A stretch of 63,815 nt of DNA, filler included, from Bigelowiella natans CCMP2755 (taxonomy: Eukaryota > Protista > Cercozoa), in NCBI GenBank assembly GCA_000320545.1. It is 6 parts of 6 records of this genome, joined end to end, with 100 filler letters (N's around TTAATTAATTAA, not from the genome) between each part and the next. Parts side by side here need not be neighbours in the genome. Positions count along the whole stretch, not along the records: positions 42,020 to 55,355 come from ADNK01001896.1; positions 55,456 to 59,047 come from ADNK01003391.1; 4 more parts are not named here. One strand, written 5' to 3'. The position numbers were made by a program, and so were the translations under genes. The notes below the pieces were generated by a model, which saw nothing but the letters and a program-made list of their open reading frames with translations, made no database searches and was not told the DNA's origin. Positions 42,140 to 56,047 of this stretch are shown in pieces; within the stretch, counting starts at the first letter, position 1; every line of letters starts with the position of its first letter.

Positions 42140-43346
42140 CTCGCTTGCGTACACGTTCGCCCGTGTGCGCAGCACTACCATGGTGAGCTTCTGCCTCACT
42201 TCCTTGCACGCCTTCAGCCTTCCTGCTTCCTTTGTCGCGGCACTCTGATGGCGGAGCACAAGCGTATGATTGTAAAATGCGTATTCGTCATTTCCCATGA
42301 TGCATCTTCTGCTCTCGCAAGAAACTACTGCTTCTTCCCTTAATATACGACAGATTATGAAGCACGCTTCTCTTGTAAAGTTCTCCTCGCCATTTATTTA
42401 CCATTACTATCAAAACGCATGTCTATGGTAGCTCGTTTTCCCATCATTGCATAGCCCCCCCCTCCCCCCCTCCCCTTTCCCCAATCGACTTCACATTCGT
42501 CCTGTACCCCTATTTGAGTTTGCAGGAGGGGGATCAAATCCTGGGATTCTCTGCATATTACAAGAGAGCGAGCCCCTATGCAGTATTGGGAGAAGAAGGC
42601 ATATATAAATGGCAATAAGAAATGTCGCTGCTGATGCTTTATGAAGTTTTTATATTTTCATGAGCTCGTAGTAACACGCTACCGTTAATGTATGCTATCC
42701 CCCCAATATACCTAGCTTCTGTTCTCCCCTCTCGCTCCTCCCCTCGCCCCTCTCCCATCTTCGTCATGTTCTTCAGCCATCGTGCGACTTACCTTTCGTA
42801 CTGAGTATGAGCTCCTTCCGGACAAAGCGCCCCGCTGTCTCAATACCTAATGCCATTGATAATGCACGCACACCGTCAAACCAACGTGAAATGCACACAC
42901 GCACGCCACTGCAGCTGCACCACCATCTCTTTGACCATGCGCCAGGGCTATTCGAAAAATAAAAATCGATTCTACTCGATGTCAGCCTCGTCAGATCGTT
43001 ACTAACGACGTCGCGCCTGCAGCACAAACACACCCAACACAAGCATATATTTGAATATAATGAAATCGAAACACGCTGATGTGCTAGTATGGACGCTGGC
43101 AGCAACACACGCGCATCATCAAGACATATGTATCTATTTTGGGCATATTTCCCCAACTTCAGTTGGCGCAGAATCGAGCTCTCTTGATCCAGCGACGCCA
43201 AGAAATCCTCAACCTCGACCGAGATTTTTCGCGCCGTTTCTTCGTCAATTTCTACGTCTATTCTCGGCTCTTTCGTGACCGGATTCAGAGCAGAAACAAG
43301 TAAATGGCCTTCTGATTTCAGCCATCTCGCACCTTAAATATTACGA

Positions 43347-43404
<58 letters not shown>

Positions 43405-44746
43405 ATATATATATTTATATGTGCAGCTCTCAAGATTTGTTTATATAGGCAACCAACAGCTCACACACCGTTGGAGAGACAGCTACGGATGCTGCTGGGA
43501 TCGCGTGAATCGAGCCTGAACATACCAAGAATTTACATTGCAGATTTCCACAAGCTGGGTAAACTGCCTTCTCAAAACAAGACTACGCACGGAAAGAGGT
43601 CAGCAATTTGCAGGCCCAAAAGCCGTTCAGACCGAGAAAGCATACAATTTATAGACGATGATGTGTGCAATGGAGATGGAGATGATGACAAATGACGACG
43701 GCAGGAGCACCAGGCCACAATGGCAGCGCGAAGGACGCGCGCTTTCGTATGATCTTTGTGTTGTTCTAGTAACCCTATTTTGAGGTTGATGCAGGCCCTC
43801 CTGATCTCCTCCCTCATGGCGACCGCTGCTATCAGGGTCTGCTCCTTCTCGTCCGATATCGTGGCCTGGACGGAGAGAGACAACAACACCCCACGAAACG
43901 GTAGTTTTAATCGTATCTTTCAAACCTCTCTTGCTCCCCCTCCCCCTAGTCCCCACTTGCATCCCCCCCTCCCCATTCTTCTTCTTCTACCCATATTGCC
44001 ATCACCTGAGCGAATTCTATCGCTTTCGTCAGCTTCTCAGCGGACTTGGCCTCCATGGCATCGAGGAGCCTTCGGAGCGCAAGCTGGTCCTTCTCCACGA
44101 CGCCCAGCAGGGATTTCCCTTGTCGCACCAGCGATTCCACCTCGGGGATATACCGCATCACCACTAGATTGCTGAGCGTCTCCTGCGTGTCGTTGCGGGT
44201 AATAGCACCAGCGACAAGAAGAAGATGAATACGAAGAAAGAGTAGAAGAATAAGACGAAGAAGAAGAAGAAGAAGAAGAAGAAGAAGAAGAGAGAAGAGA
44301 GAATTACCAACCCCAAGAACACAAGAGAACTCGCTTCCCCCCGCCCTTTTCGCATCCTTCTATGCTTTTGTATCACAGCCAAGAAGTCGGCACCTTTCTC
44401 TGCAGAAGATCGTCCGCGTCTTCCAAGCCGCGCCGAAGCTCATAATGAACCTAAAGTGTGAGTTGAAGAGGCAGGGTGGTATTGACAGAGGGTTGGAATA
44501 TGAGCGTGTGTTTGCCCAATTTCGAAATGAAATTTACAAATATATATATATATATATATATATATTTAGTATCACATTTTTTTCTTGATTTTTGTTTGGA
44601 GACCTGCTTTTGCATTGCTTTCTTGAGGGTTGCTACCGTTTTCTTCGCACACTTCATCTCCTCGCTCACACGGAGGATATCGTTCAAACCGGAGATCTCC
44701 ACCTGATAGCCATGTACACGCCACACGCACACACACACACACACAC

Positions 44747-44792
<46 letters not shown>

Positions 44793-47245
44793 CAATATAT
44801 ATTACTATCGAGCATTCAAACGACCTCACCAAAAACCTAAAAATTCTTTGCTCAACGCGACAAGTAATAAAGTAGCCTATATCCACAGTATGGCATTACA
44901 ATGACCCCTCCCCCCTCCCCCCTCTCCTTTCTCACATGGGAAGCTTGTCTCAGCTTGTTCGCCGTAAAGATGATATCGTCGATATCCACCTCAGCATTCT
45001 GATAATCCAAGAAAGTGCGAAAGACGAGGGGGGGAAGGCGCAAACACAAAATAAGCGGCGCATCCTCATCCACCCCATCACCGCCACCACCATCATCATC
45101 ATCATCATCGTCGTCGTCGTCATCATCGCGAAGGGGCTATAGGTTGTTTCCTCATCATAATACCGTCGAGTTTCTTTGTCCTGTCGCTCCTTGTTTCCCA
45201 ACCTCCAGGACCATTTTTATATCGCTCTCTATATTCTCTATCGACTTGGGGGGAGGGGGGGGGATGGAGGGAGGGCTAAATAAGACTACATTCGCGCTCG
45301 GCATGACACTATCTTCATTCCTTCAAAGGATTTTACAAGTAACGACGGCGGTGTGAGCAGTAGCGCTAGGAGGTACAGGGGGGGGGGGGGGGGAAGAGGT
45401 GATTTCTATATCGTGCAGCAAGTACTTGGATGAGGCTGACGACTTCAGAAAGCAACATATCGCTCTCCTTGATCCCTGAATCGCGGGCCTTTACAAGATA
45501 TATTCATATTTCTAAATCATACATTTTGTTCAAGAAAATATAGATATAGGTCTGTTTCACGCTTCTACGACTGACGTGATCTCCGTTAAATACCGTCGGT
45601 GATTTGTTATTGATGTAGTTGTTTGTTTCTTCACCTCTTCCACCAACTCGCATAAGCGCCGTTTGGAGGTCATCCTCGTCGTATCCTTGGTCTCCTTTCT
45701 CTCGTCAGCCGTTCCCTCCCCCTCTCCATCGGATGAAGTTAAGGCAATAGGCTTCTTCTCTTCGGGTCCCCTCTCCCCTCCTAGAACCATCGCTAACTTC
45801 CGCCTGATCTGGGCTTGACGCGACTGGAAATCCTCCGCCTTTACGAATGAAAACTCGCATCAAAACGACCGAGCCTGTGGTCTATCATTGCTCTCCATTC
45901 CCCCCCCCGCTTCCTCCCCGCCCATCCCACGCGCCTATTCCAACAGCATACCTGCTTCTCCTCGTCCTCCATTTGCTTCATACTCTCTCGACGCGCCTTC
46001 GCAAGAAAGTCAGAAATGGATCAGCAGAGGAGGAGAGGGGGGGTGGGGCTGTAATGCTAACTAAACATTTCTTTCCGCCCCTTCCCCCCTCCCTTTCTAT
46101 GTACACATGATCATACACACACGCTCCAGTGATGAATTAATAGAGGGCAACCTCACCTGCTCTATTCTACTAGCAGTTAGGCTATGCTGCGCCATTTCCC
46201 ACGGTTTCACACTAGAAACTCTCTCGAATCTTGCAGAGGACGAGAGTAACATCGCCCCCCCCCCCCCCCTTCCCCCTTCTTTCTGCACCCCTAATACAGT
46301 TTCCTCCGTGGGTTCCCTCGTTTCTGCACGGCGAGCGACTCGCTTTCGATCGCCACTAGAGTCAATAGGCGTGGATTTTGCATCATCTTGAGAGGTGGTT
46401 TCTTCCTTAGCATCGTTCGCATCGCCGTCCTTACCAGAAGCTGCAGTATCCTGCGGACCTGTGGGAGGGCCTTCTCCTTGTATTCTCAGCTTGATGTGCT
46501 TTTTGCTTGTAAAGAGTCCTTGGCGGGTCTCCATCCGCTCTCGGGCCAGCGCGGCGGCAGCAGCCTGGGCGCGCGCGGAAAGAGCAAGAAAATCAAATAA
46601 TGAGAAAGGTGACTCACGCAACCATAAGCTCTCGAAGGTCCGTACGCGCACACACACACAAACACACACACACACACACAGAAACGCACATATACATACA
46701 CATAAATAGATATGCAGCATTATCATCATCAACAACAACGCAGAGAGTGGTACCACCACACCTCCCCTCCCCCCCCCCCCCCCGCAGCCTTTTTTTAAAT
46801 CATTTTAAGCTAGAGTTGCCCGGGAGGAGGAGAAAATCAGATATGGGGAGGGTACGAGAGAGCACCTCAGCCTTCTTCAGTCGCTGTTGTGCAGCAGGAT
46901 CGATCTGCACTGCCAGCCCTATTCAACAAAATTACAATGGCCACCAACACTGAGAAGGGGGTTAAGGGGGGGGGGGAGGAGAGATCGGAGGGAGCGGAAG
47001 GACGAAGGCCTACCAGCATCCTTAAGCTCCCAGTTTGGAGGGCCGCCGAGTCTACAACGCTGTGGGGAAAAGAGAGGGAATTGAAAAAGAGAAAGTCGCA
47101 TCAGCACCACTTAGCTCTGCGCTTGCTCTCGTTGATCTGATTCAGCTGTGTTTCTCCCCTCGGTTTGGGGTTGGGCGCATAGTGACCCTTGGGCCGCATG
47201 GGAATGCGTTGGTTGGTTGCGATTGATGAGACAATTGGGATGATT

Positions 47246-47279
<34 letters not shown>

Positions 47280-47845
47280 CGATGATGGTGATGATGATGG
47301 TAATGATGCTTAAGCACGGGTGGTGATGATGGTAAAATCGTAATGATCTCTATTGGGTACCTTAAATGATCTCACCGAATCTGTGAGAGAATTCAATGTT
47401 TCCTACATGGGAAAAGTGTAAGGTTTAAGGATGTGACGATTCAATAATATATATTTTATATATTTCACTAGTGTGTGGGAAGTTTTTTCATTTCTCCATC
47501 TTTTAATTATACAAATTGACTTCCTTTGATTTTTTCCCACACACGGTTATACTCATTCGACTCACCTCTTGCCGCTGCTCCACAGCTATTTCTAGCTCTC
47601 TCCACAACCGTTCCTGCGTGTAGGAGAGAAAAGCCATGATAGTGCATTCATTTAGTCGCAACGCAAAGTAGGTAAATGCAGGAGACTATACGCTAATACA
47701 CAAGAAAGAAGGAAACGAGTTAGACCGTCCTGATACAATCTTAACGCAATGCCTTTCCTCGCCCTCGACAACATTCAAAGGCGAAGATATTTTGAGACTA
47801 CCCTCCCAGTAACCCCCCACCCCCCCCCCCTACACACACACAATT

Positions 47846-47876
<31 letters not shown>

Positions 47877-48935
47877 TACACACACATCCTCTCCCTTTAA
47901 AGATTGGCTCACCTCATCTTCCATTTTCATCAACAATGCCCGAGCGGCCTTCTCCCTGGGCCCTTTATATGGAGAGCAAGCTCAGAATGCGCTCTGCGAG
48001 TCGCTCGTCCGGAGCAACGTGCGAGCAGAAAACATCTCAATTTTTTTTTCCTCCTTTTCCAAAGCTAGAAATACCTTCCTGGCCAAGGTCCCCAGCACGT
48101 TGGCACGCTAGGCGAATAGCAAACGAGTCGCAGTTATGCGCTGCGCTGAGGAGCTCGTTCTGACGGAGGGAGAGAGATTAGTATCACAAATGAACGGTGT
48201 TGCATGGCGACGCTAGCACACGCACAATCTTACACGTAAAATATGCAAATACTGCTGCCCATCCTATAAGAGCGTTGCAAAAGGGGGAGCAGCGAGACCT
48301 CACCTCACAAGCAGCTAGGTCGTCCAACAGCCCCTCCGCCATACTCAGCATCTGTACACGCAAAACGTGACAACAATGAGAGGAACCGACGGAGAGGCGG
48401 GCAGGGTAAGAGGTGGATGTGGAGATCGAAGATGAACATTGCAGGGAGCGTATATTTGCTTTGGTGATTACGATAAGTTGACCTCCCATCCGTTGATGAT
48501 GACGACTTTCCCGTTGTCCTCTGCCAGGCATCACCAAAACGATAAAGAGCAAAAATCTCAAAACTAAGACGAAAATCATGATCTATATGCAGTTTCATAA
48601 ATGCACACATTCGAAGCCCCCCCCCCCCCCCCCCACACAAAACGAATAATACTTGGTTTCACTTCCCGAGCATGCTTGAGAGCCTGACAAAATTTATAAG
48701 AACATCGAAAATATCAACGATTCGATGGAATGAACGACTTTCATAAAAATCATGATAAATCTCTCTTGCTCCAAACGCAGGGTAGGGTGTGCCGCGATGT
48801 TCCTAGATAACACGATGTTTCTGGTAGATATCGTAGGCTTTATGCACCTCCCTGACATTCTCCTCGTTCCGAGTCGCAATAGCGTGAGCTAGCAAATGCT
48901 GTGCCTCTAAGAATATAATATTTTATGTGTGTGTA

Positions 48936-48977
<42 letters not shown>

Positions 48978-50934
48978 TTATATTATCCTCCTCCTCACAT
49001 CATTCTTTTCGCGTCACTTTCCCTATCTAATTGTGCGTGTGTACGATATTTAGAGCACGAAGAACATACTCTCGACTGAAACCAACCTTGCTGCTCTTGC
49101 AGCCGCTTGATGGCCTCGTTCGCCTCTTGGACCACCTCCTCGAATACGTGCAAATCGGAGCACGTCTCCAGCGACAGCATGCCTTGACAGCCGTTGGAGC
49201 AGCCGAGCAACGAGAGGAGAGGGAATACAAAATCATCAGACGCGGAAAATCCATCAGTAGAGAATAGCCAAGTATTAAACTAGGGCCAGGATGTGCCGGG
49301 AGAAAACCATCGGTGTTTCTCCCCGTACCTCAGGAATCTATACATGCTTTCGTTGTTAGTTGCACGAGGGGACCGAAACTTAAATACGTGGACATTTATA
49401 CATACAGCCCTTATCGCAGCCACCACTCGTCATTATTATCCATCAGCGACACACGCGGCATGAGAAAGAGCACAGCACCCGTTTTGGAATCAAAGTTTAC
49501 GACGATAGACTTGTGAGCGAGGCACTTGTCCCGATAACGGCGAATGATCTATGCATGCAGCAGGAAAGCGTGAGGAAAGCGCAAAAGGGACGGACGGCAC
49601 GTGAGGAAAGCGCAAAAGGGACGGACGGCACGCGAGCGGCTCATCTACCCTTTCTCTAAACAATCGGGTGAAGCACAACGTTCATTGAGGACTGCAAACG
49701 CGGAAAATCTGTCGCTGCTACTTACGTTCGGATTCCTATTCGTCTTTGCGAGCTTCCGCAGCCGCTCTTGTAGCCATGCCTCTTCCTCTATCATAAGAGA
49801 GCACAGAAGATCACATGACTGTACTCAGCTGCAGCACAGCAGACCTTCACGGCGCAGAGGCATAGGCTATGACGAAAACATACTAAACAAAGCTGTTCCC
49901 GGATAGAGTTTTAATCTGCGCGCGAGCGCCTTTTGCAGGAAAGAACCCGCGCCACTTACATACCAAGGTGCGCCAACAGCTGCCCGGCCGTTGCTTCTAG
50001 ATCGCCGGCTTGTCCGAGAGAAGACCCCTGTTACCACACGCACACTTACATCCGAATTCAGCATAAAATACATCTGTGCTCGTCATTTTCATTCACCCCT
50101 CCCCTAATCCCCCCTCTTACGTTTTCGAGTGTGGTCTTGAGGAAAGCAAGCTCCCTCTTCCTCACAGCCTCTTTCAGCTGCTCTCGGTAGGTTTGCAGCT
50201 GCCGGAGCAGCATTTCGGATGAGGCCACAAGGCTTGTGACCTTGCCCGCGTCTAACAAAAGTCCTTCTGATAACACCAAAAAGAAGCCGCCGTCATATTG
50301 ATGCGAAGGCGGAGAGGAAAGCTTGAGGCTTTTGGATGAAAAGGAGAACCTTCTTTTAAAGTCTACTCGATCACACAACACACACGCACACGCACACGCG
50401 CGCGCGCGCGCACAAGCATTATCGCACACAGATAAACGCAGCTTTGTGTCTTTATGAACAGAGCTTTCTATCTTCGTTCTCTCCTACCGCTGCCGCTGAT
50501 GGGAGTCTTTCCGAACTCTTTGAGCGAAATGATCCGATTCATAACCGACGTGTGCCTTCGTCTGCCTCCTTGCGCCTTCTTCTTGGGCTGCTCCTCTTCT
50601 TCGCGGACTCCGGCCAGAGGGACGTTTTTTACTGGCATGGAGAAAGTGTATTATCAAGGCCTTACGATGAATTTGTTGGGGAAAGAAACACCTCAAAGAA
50701 ATGGACCCACATCTTCTCTTACCGGTTGATACGCCGTCGCTCAGAGTGCTGGTGTTGTGGCTTCGAGGCTTGGCGGTGCTACTCCCGCCAATCCCACCGC
50801 TAGCTCTGCTGCTAGCTCTGCTGCTGTGCTGGTTTATATATCCGCGGAGCGAGTCGTCTCCGAAGTAGTTTTTAACCTTCGATGCGTCGAGAGGAACACC
50901 ATCAGCTCTCCGATGATAATTATTAATTATTATA

Positions 50935-50971
<37 letters not shown>

Positions 50972-50972
50972 A

Positions 50973-51011
<39 letters not shown>

Positions 51012-51363
51012 AAAGAAAATAATCCTTTCGATAGGCGTAGATAATAATGCGGCATTGCACCTGAGAAAGCGCATCTTGTAGGCGTGTCATTTTCCGGCGA
51101 TGCAAAGCAATGTCCAGCTTCCCGACCTTCAAGAACACTGCGAAGTATTGGCGAGAGACAAAGGGAGTTTAGGCTCAGGGTTAAGTGCAAATTGGAGAGA
51201 AATAGTAAGAACTCGAAGGGGGGGTTTCCTACCCGCCTCCAAGTCCTTTTTCTTCCTCTTCGCGACAACCATCTCGACCCAGTTATCTGCGTCCTTCTCC
51301 ACTTCAACGAGCTTCTCCTTCTCATCGTCATATCTTTGGGGCATGCGCCACATAGACGATGAG

Positions 51364-51405
<42 letters not shown>

Positions 51406-51887
51406 AGGAAGGGGGAGGGGAGGGGAGCGGAGGGAGGAGTAAGATGTATTATTCAGAGAAACCCAACGTATAATTCCTAGATCGATAGTCGCCTCGTGTT
51501 TCGATGCTAATCTGGACGATTTGAGATCAGGATGATAATCTAGTGTGTTTTGCAAAATTCAAAGAGAAGGACGCTCAAAATCCCGTGGCGTGGCGACCTG
51601 AGCATCTTATGCTTCTCGGCGTCCATGATTGCGCGGCCTATATCTTCAATGATGCCGTGGCGGCTCGCCTCGATAAGTCTGATGAGAGGAGGAAACGAGT
51701 CATCAGCTGACGAAAAGAAGACGCTTGCAGCTTAGCCACCGAAGTATGCAAACCATTATCCAATGCAGCATTATCCAATGCAGTATGTTCAATAATTATA
51801 TATGTATTTTTATTGTTTTGTGTTTTGAGGGGGGGCGGTGTGGGGCGGTGTGGGGGGGGTATATCTGATACATACAAACACGCCTTC

Positions 51888-51929
<42 letters not shown>

Positions 51930-52986
51930 CTAAACGTTATCTCCTTTAATTCGTCGATTTGATCGGGTCGCCTCTACCTCTGCTTCAGCTTTGCCTCCGC
52001 CGTCTTATTTGCTCTCATCTCGAGAAGCATTCCCACCAGCTCTCCGCCAACGCCGATTTTCTTGCACTTCCCCAACGCCTGGGAGGGGAGAGGAGGAGGT
52101 GGTGGTGGTGGTGGAGGAGGAGGAGGAGTAAGCGGAGAGGACAAAAGCCAAAGAATTGTTGATGGAATAGCAATTTGAACGGCTGGACTTTCTTAGCGCA
52201 CCAGGAAACATCACCGTGAGTTGTTCAGTAGTGTTATGACCTCTGCAAGCTTCAAATCGTTTCGCAATCTCAGTGCGTCCAGCGCGGAGCGCCTTTGTGT
52301 GAGGGCAAAAAAACACCGATAAGGCGTAGTTTTTTTAACGCAACGTGTCGAGAAGAAGACCCCCCCCCTCTCCTTCTTTCTCGATAGCAATCGAGCAGAA
52401 AGCATCTTCACTAATGACATATAGAATCGCCGAAGCCAAAGGCCACAGCTGTTTTGGGACTAATCTCTGCTGCACGCATAGAACCTTGCTTCCTGAAGTC
52501 CTGAGAGGAGGTCGGATGCTTGCCTATACCTACAAGTACATAATTGAAACCATTGAGTCATTGACTACTCAATGAATAAATTAACAACATTAGAAAGAGG
52601 GGTATATGAAGTAACTAGGATCTTTCCGCAATCGGTCATCTCGGTTGTTTTCTAAACCGCTCATTCCCTAAGGATACGAGCGCAATTCGCTACTATCATT
52701 TGAACGACGCCAGGGCTGCTACTATTATCAATAAAGGTACTCGAGTATTGACTGGAGATCCCGTGACTTGGCCTCGCACTGTGCGGATATTTATGCACGT
52801 TCAAAACGCATTTTCGCGCGAGAGAGTGTTATTTGGAATAACAAATTTTCTCTCTTTCTCCCATCCTTCTTCTTCTCTTTCTGCTTGTGCTTTTCATTCC
52901 CCACACATTTCCCCCTCCTCCTCCTCTCTCTTTATAATTTATCCATTCTCTCTTCATCTCATACGAATACACAATCACACTCCTGT

Positions 52987-53025
<39 letters not shown>

Positions 53026-53320
53026 GCGCGATCACGTATTTTATCTTCGATCTCACTGTTATAAATTAAAAAATAGATAAATATTTATAATTTCTGTGCT
53101 TTTGGTCTGGGCATATTGAACAATCATGCATTTAAAAGCCGCCTTAGTCATCGAAAGCACCTCCAAAGCCAATCCTATGGACGCATGGAGCAGTGGCACG
53201 TGGTAGGGAAGGGAGGGAGGGGGGGGGGGAGGGTGCGGAAAGATAAGATAACTCGCCATCGAATACACTGTATCTAAATCTCACGTGTATATGCACCCGT
53301 GAATGCGATGTGCTGTGATG

Positions 53321-53360
<40 letters not shown>

Positions 53361-53608
53361 GTTACAGCGAAGAAAGGTAGACAACAGCTTCCAAAGCCAA
53401 AAGCCCTTGGGGCGTTCAGTATATAATAATACCTTCCCCCCCCACGCTGCAGTTCCTCGCATAGGAACCGCTTCGCAGAGATCTCAGTTGTTTGACCGAG
53501 AAAGATTTGCTGCTGCCTCTGTGTTCTGAGCTTACGTACATGATCTTAGAGAGATAGCCTTGGAAAGCTCGACGCGCGCTTTCTCCTTCTCACGAATCCT
53601 ATATATAA

Positions 53609-53654
<46 letters not shown>

Positions 53655-53877
53655 GATGATTGTGAGAAATTGTGGTGGTAAAATGATGATGATGATGATG
53701 ATGAGGAGGAGGAGGATGATGATGATGATGAGGATGATGATGATGATGAGGATGATGATGGTGGACGATGATGGTGGACGATGGGCGATGAGATAGATTA
53801 GAATCAATTATTAACAATGTAAAGTTTGACAAAATAAGGCACGTAAATACAGGCAGATTTATAGGATATACATGAGC

Positions 53878-53908
<31 letters not shown>

Positions 53909-54821
53909 TGTGTGTGCAAGTAACCGCTTGAGAGCAGCGACAGCACGTTCCAGTACCGGGTGCCTTTTCGTATAATTTGTCATGTTACATATTTAGAAAT
54001 ATATATTTTTGAATACTGAGAGCCCGTCTCTTCGAGGATTTTGCCGTTGATAGACAAGTCAATAATTCATACTTTTTAAGCGTATTTTCCCTTTCGCCCC
54101 ACGACGACTACCTGAAACCTATCTCGGAATTGACTAGATCCGTCATCTTGGAGTCGATCTCGAGCACGTCAAAAGCATGGGCGGCATGAATGGCAGCGTC
54201 CAGCTCCTCCCCGTTCCGCGACTGGTGTGGGTGCGGAGGAGGAAGGTTAGATACGCAAAAAGGCGAAGAGAAAGCATCAACGGACATCTAGTATCATCAT
54301 CGTCGCCATCATCTAATCCATACTTTCACAGAGTCTTCTAGCAGCTGGATGATTGCGTGCTGCTCCTCAAGATGAGCATGAAAGCGACGGCCTAAGAGCT
54401 GCAGCTTTCCAGCGATCCCCAGCGCATTACCGAGGTCAACGGCGGCCTAGCGTGGAGTGGCAAGAGCCGTGTTTGGTCAAAGGTAGTAATTCGTAACTGC
54501 ATACTGTCTTTGTTCATCATGGCTACTCATATTCTAAGGCAACTGTGACGCTATGCATCTCGCATCTTCCACTGATATCATTACCTTGAGCGGCGCGCGA
54601 ACGCGGCCTCTCAGAGCGGCCTTCATCATCTTTTCGTATCGGCGAATATCGCCTAGCATCTTCTCGGCGCAGATGACGATGTGCTCCGACGTGGCCTGGA
54701 AGTCCGCGCAGCTGTGGGCGTCTCTCAGCCCCTGCTCAATGGCGGTCATATCCCTCTCCTGCGATGGAACAAATAACAATGACCCAAGAGCGTCCTCCCA
54801 TCGGACCATTAGCATGCACAA

Positions 54822-54859
<38 letters not shown>

Positions 54860-55290
54860 ATACTCGCATCCATATGTGTATGTGGTGGAGATTTGTGTTG
54901 GTTGACATGTAGCGTACGGCTCTTAAACAGTGCTTTAAAACGACTCTCTAGGCAGGCACAGCGGGAAGCAAGTTAGAGTACCGATAAGGCCATGGAGAGC
55001 TTCTTTCGAATGGTAACCCTACGGCAGAGAAATCAAATCTTCAACGAGCGAGTTTTATCAAACGGACAAGAAAGTTCCAAGCTTCATTCACTCGTAGCCC
55101 CCCCCCCCCCCCTTCTCTCCTCCACGGCCCAGCTCGCAGATAAAATAGACATTAAACTTCACCTAGGATCGGCGCCGCTTCTTCCGGCCGCACGCTCGAG
55201 GACGCTGTTTCGAGAGGGATTTTAAAGCGTTAGATGTTCGCGCTATTTGTGAGAGAAGAATCGGGGATAAGTACCTTCATCTAGATCTAC
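42140..55290 (-). CDS. Very large multi-exon alpha-helical repeat/coiled-coil protein, partial, function unknown
   Basis: Many minus-strand exons, e.g. EKMMKAALRGRVRAPLK, RNGEELDAAIHAAHAFD, RLIEASRHGIIEDIGRAIMDAEKH, REQLKEAVRKRELAFLKTTLEN, LRRLLDAMEAKSAEKLTKAIEFAQ, EVEDFLASLDQESSILRQLKLGKY. It could be more than one gene. Confidence 0.6.
49569..49632. repeat. Perfect 31-bp tandem duplication, probably intronic
   Basis: cgtgaggaaagcgcaaaagggacggacggca x2. Confidence 0.9.
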
Positions 55291-55298
55291 AAATAGTA

Positions 55299-55329
<31 letters not shown>

Positions 55330-55355
55330 CATAATAATATATACATATATATATA

Positions 55356-55455
55356 NNNNNNNNNNNNNNNNNNNNNNNNNNNNNNNNNNNNNNNNNNNNT
55401 TAATTAATTAANNNNNNNNNNNNNNNNNNNNNNNNNNNNNNNNNNNNNNNNNNNN
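55356..55455. other. Assembly gap spacer
   Basis: N44-TTAATTAATTAA-N44. Confidence 0.98.
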
Positions 55456-55514
55456 CCACAATCGCAGCGCTGCCGCCGAAGCCTTTCAAGAATGTTTGTA
55501 TCGATTCTATTAGG

Positions 55515-55987
55515 AGCTTTGGCGATGGAGAAGCTGCACAAGGCTGTTTTGATGTTCATCCTGAGGAGGACCAAGGATGAGGTAGGTAGCAGCATTAGCC
55601 TTCATGGGTATCGATTGCATTTGATTGCGCGCTTTTCAGTACAGGATGCTCGTTGTAATTGCTCCACCGAATTCTCCTCCTCCTCCCCTCCCCCCCCCTC
55701 CCCCCTACTAGGTTCTCACCGAGCTTCCTCCAAAGATAATACAGGTAACGCTATCGGTCTCGTCATCTTATCGATGATGGCGGTTTTGCACGCGTGTTTG
55801 AGGGAAACAGGCCGCTGATGCTTCTTTTATGCGCTGCTGTCATTGTCAGGATATACTCTGCGAAATGGCGCCGTTGCAGGCTAAGATCTACTCCAACATA
55901 GCAGCGGCGGCATCTGAGCTTCGATCGGTTCGCCAGCCGCACGCCACGCTTCAATACCGCCGTGGACTTAAACGCGCGCACGCATAT

Positions 55988-56047
<60 letters not shown>

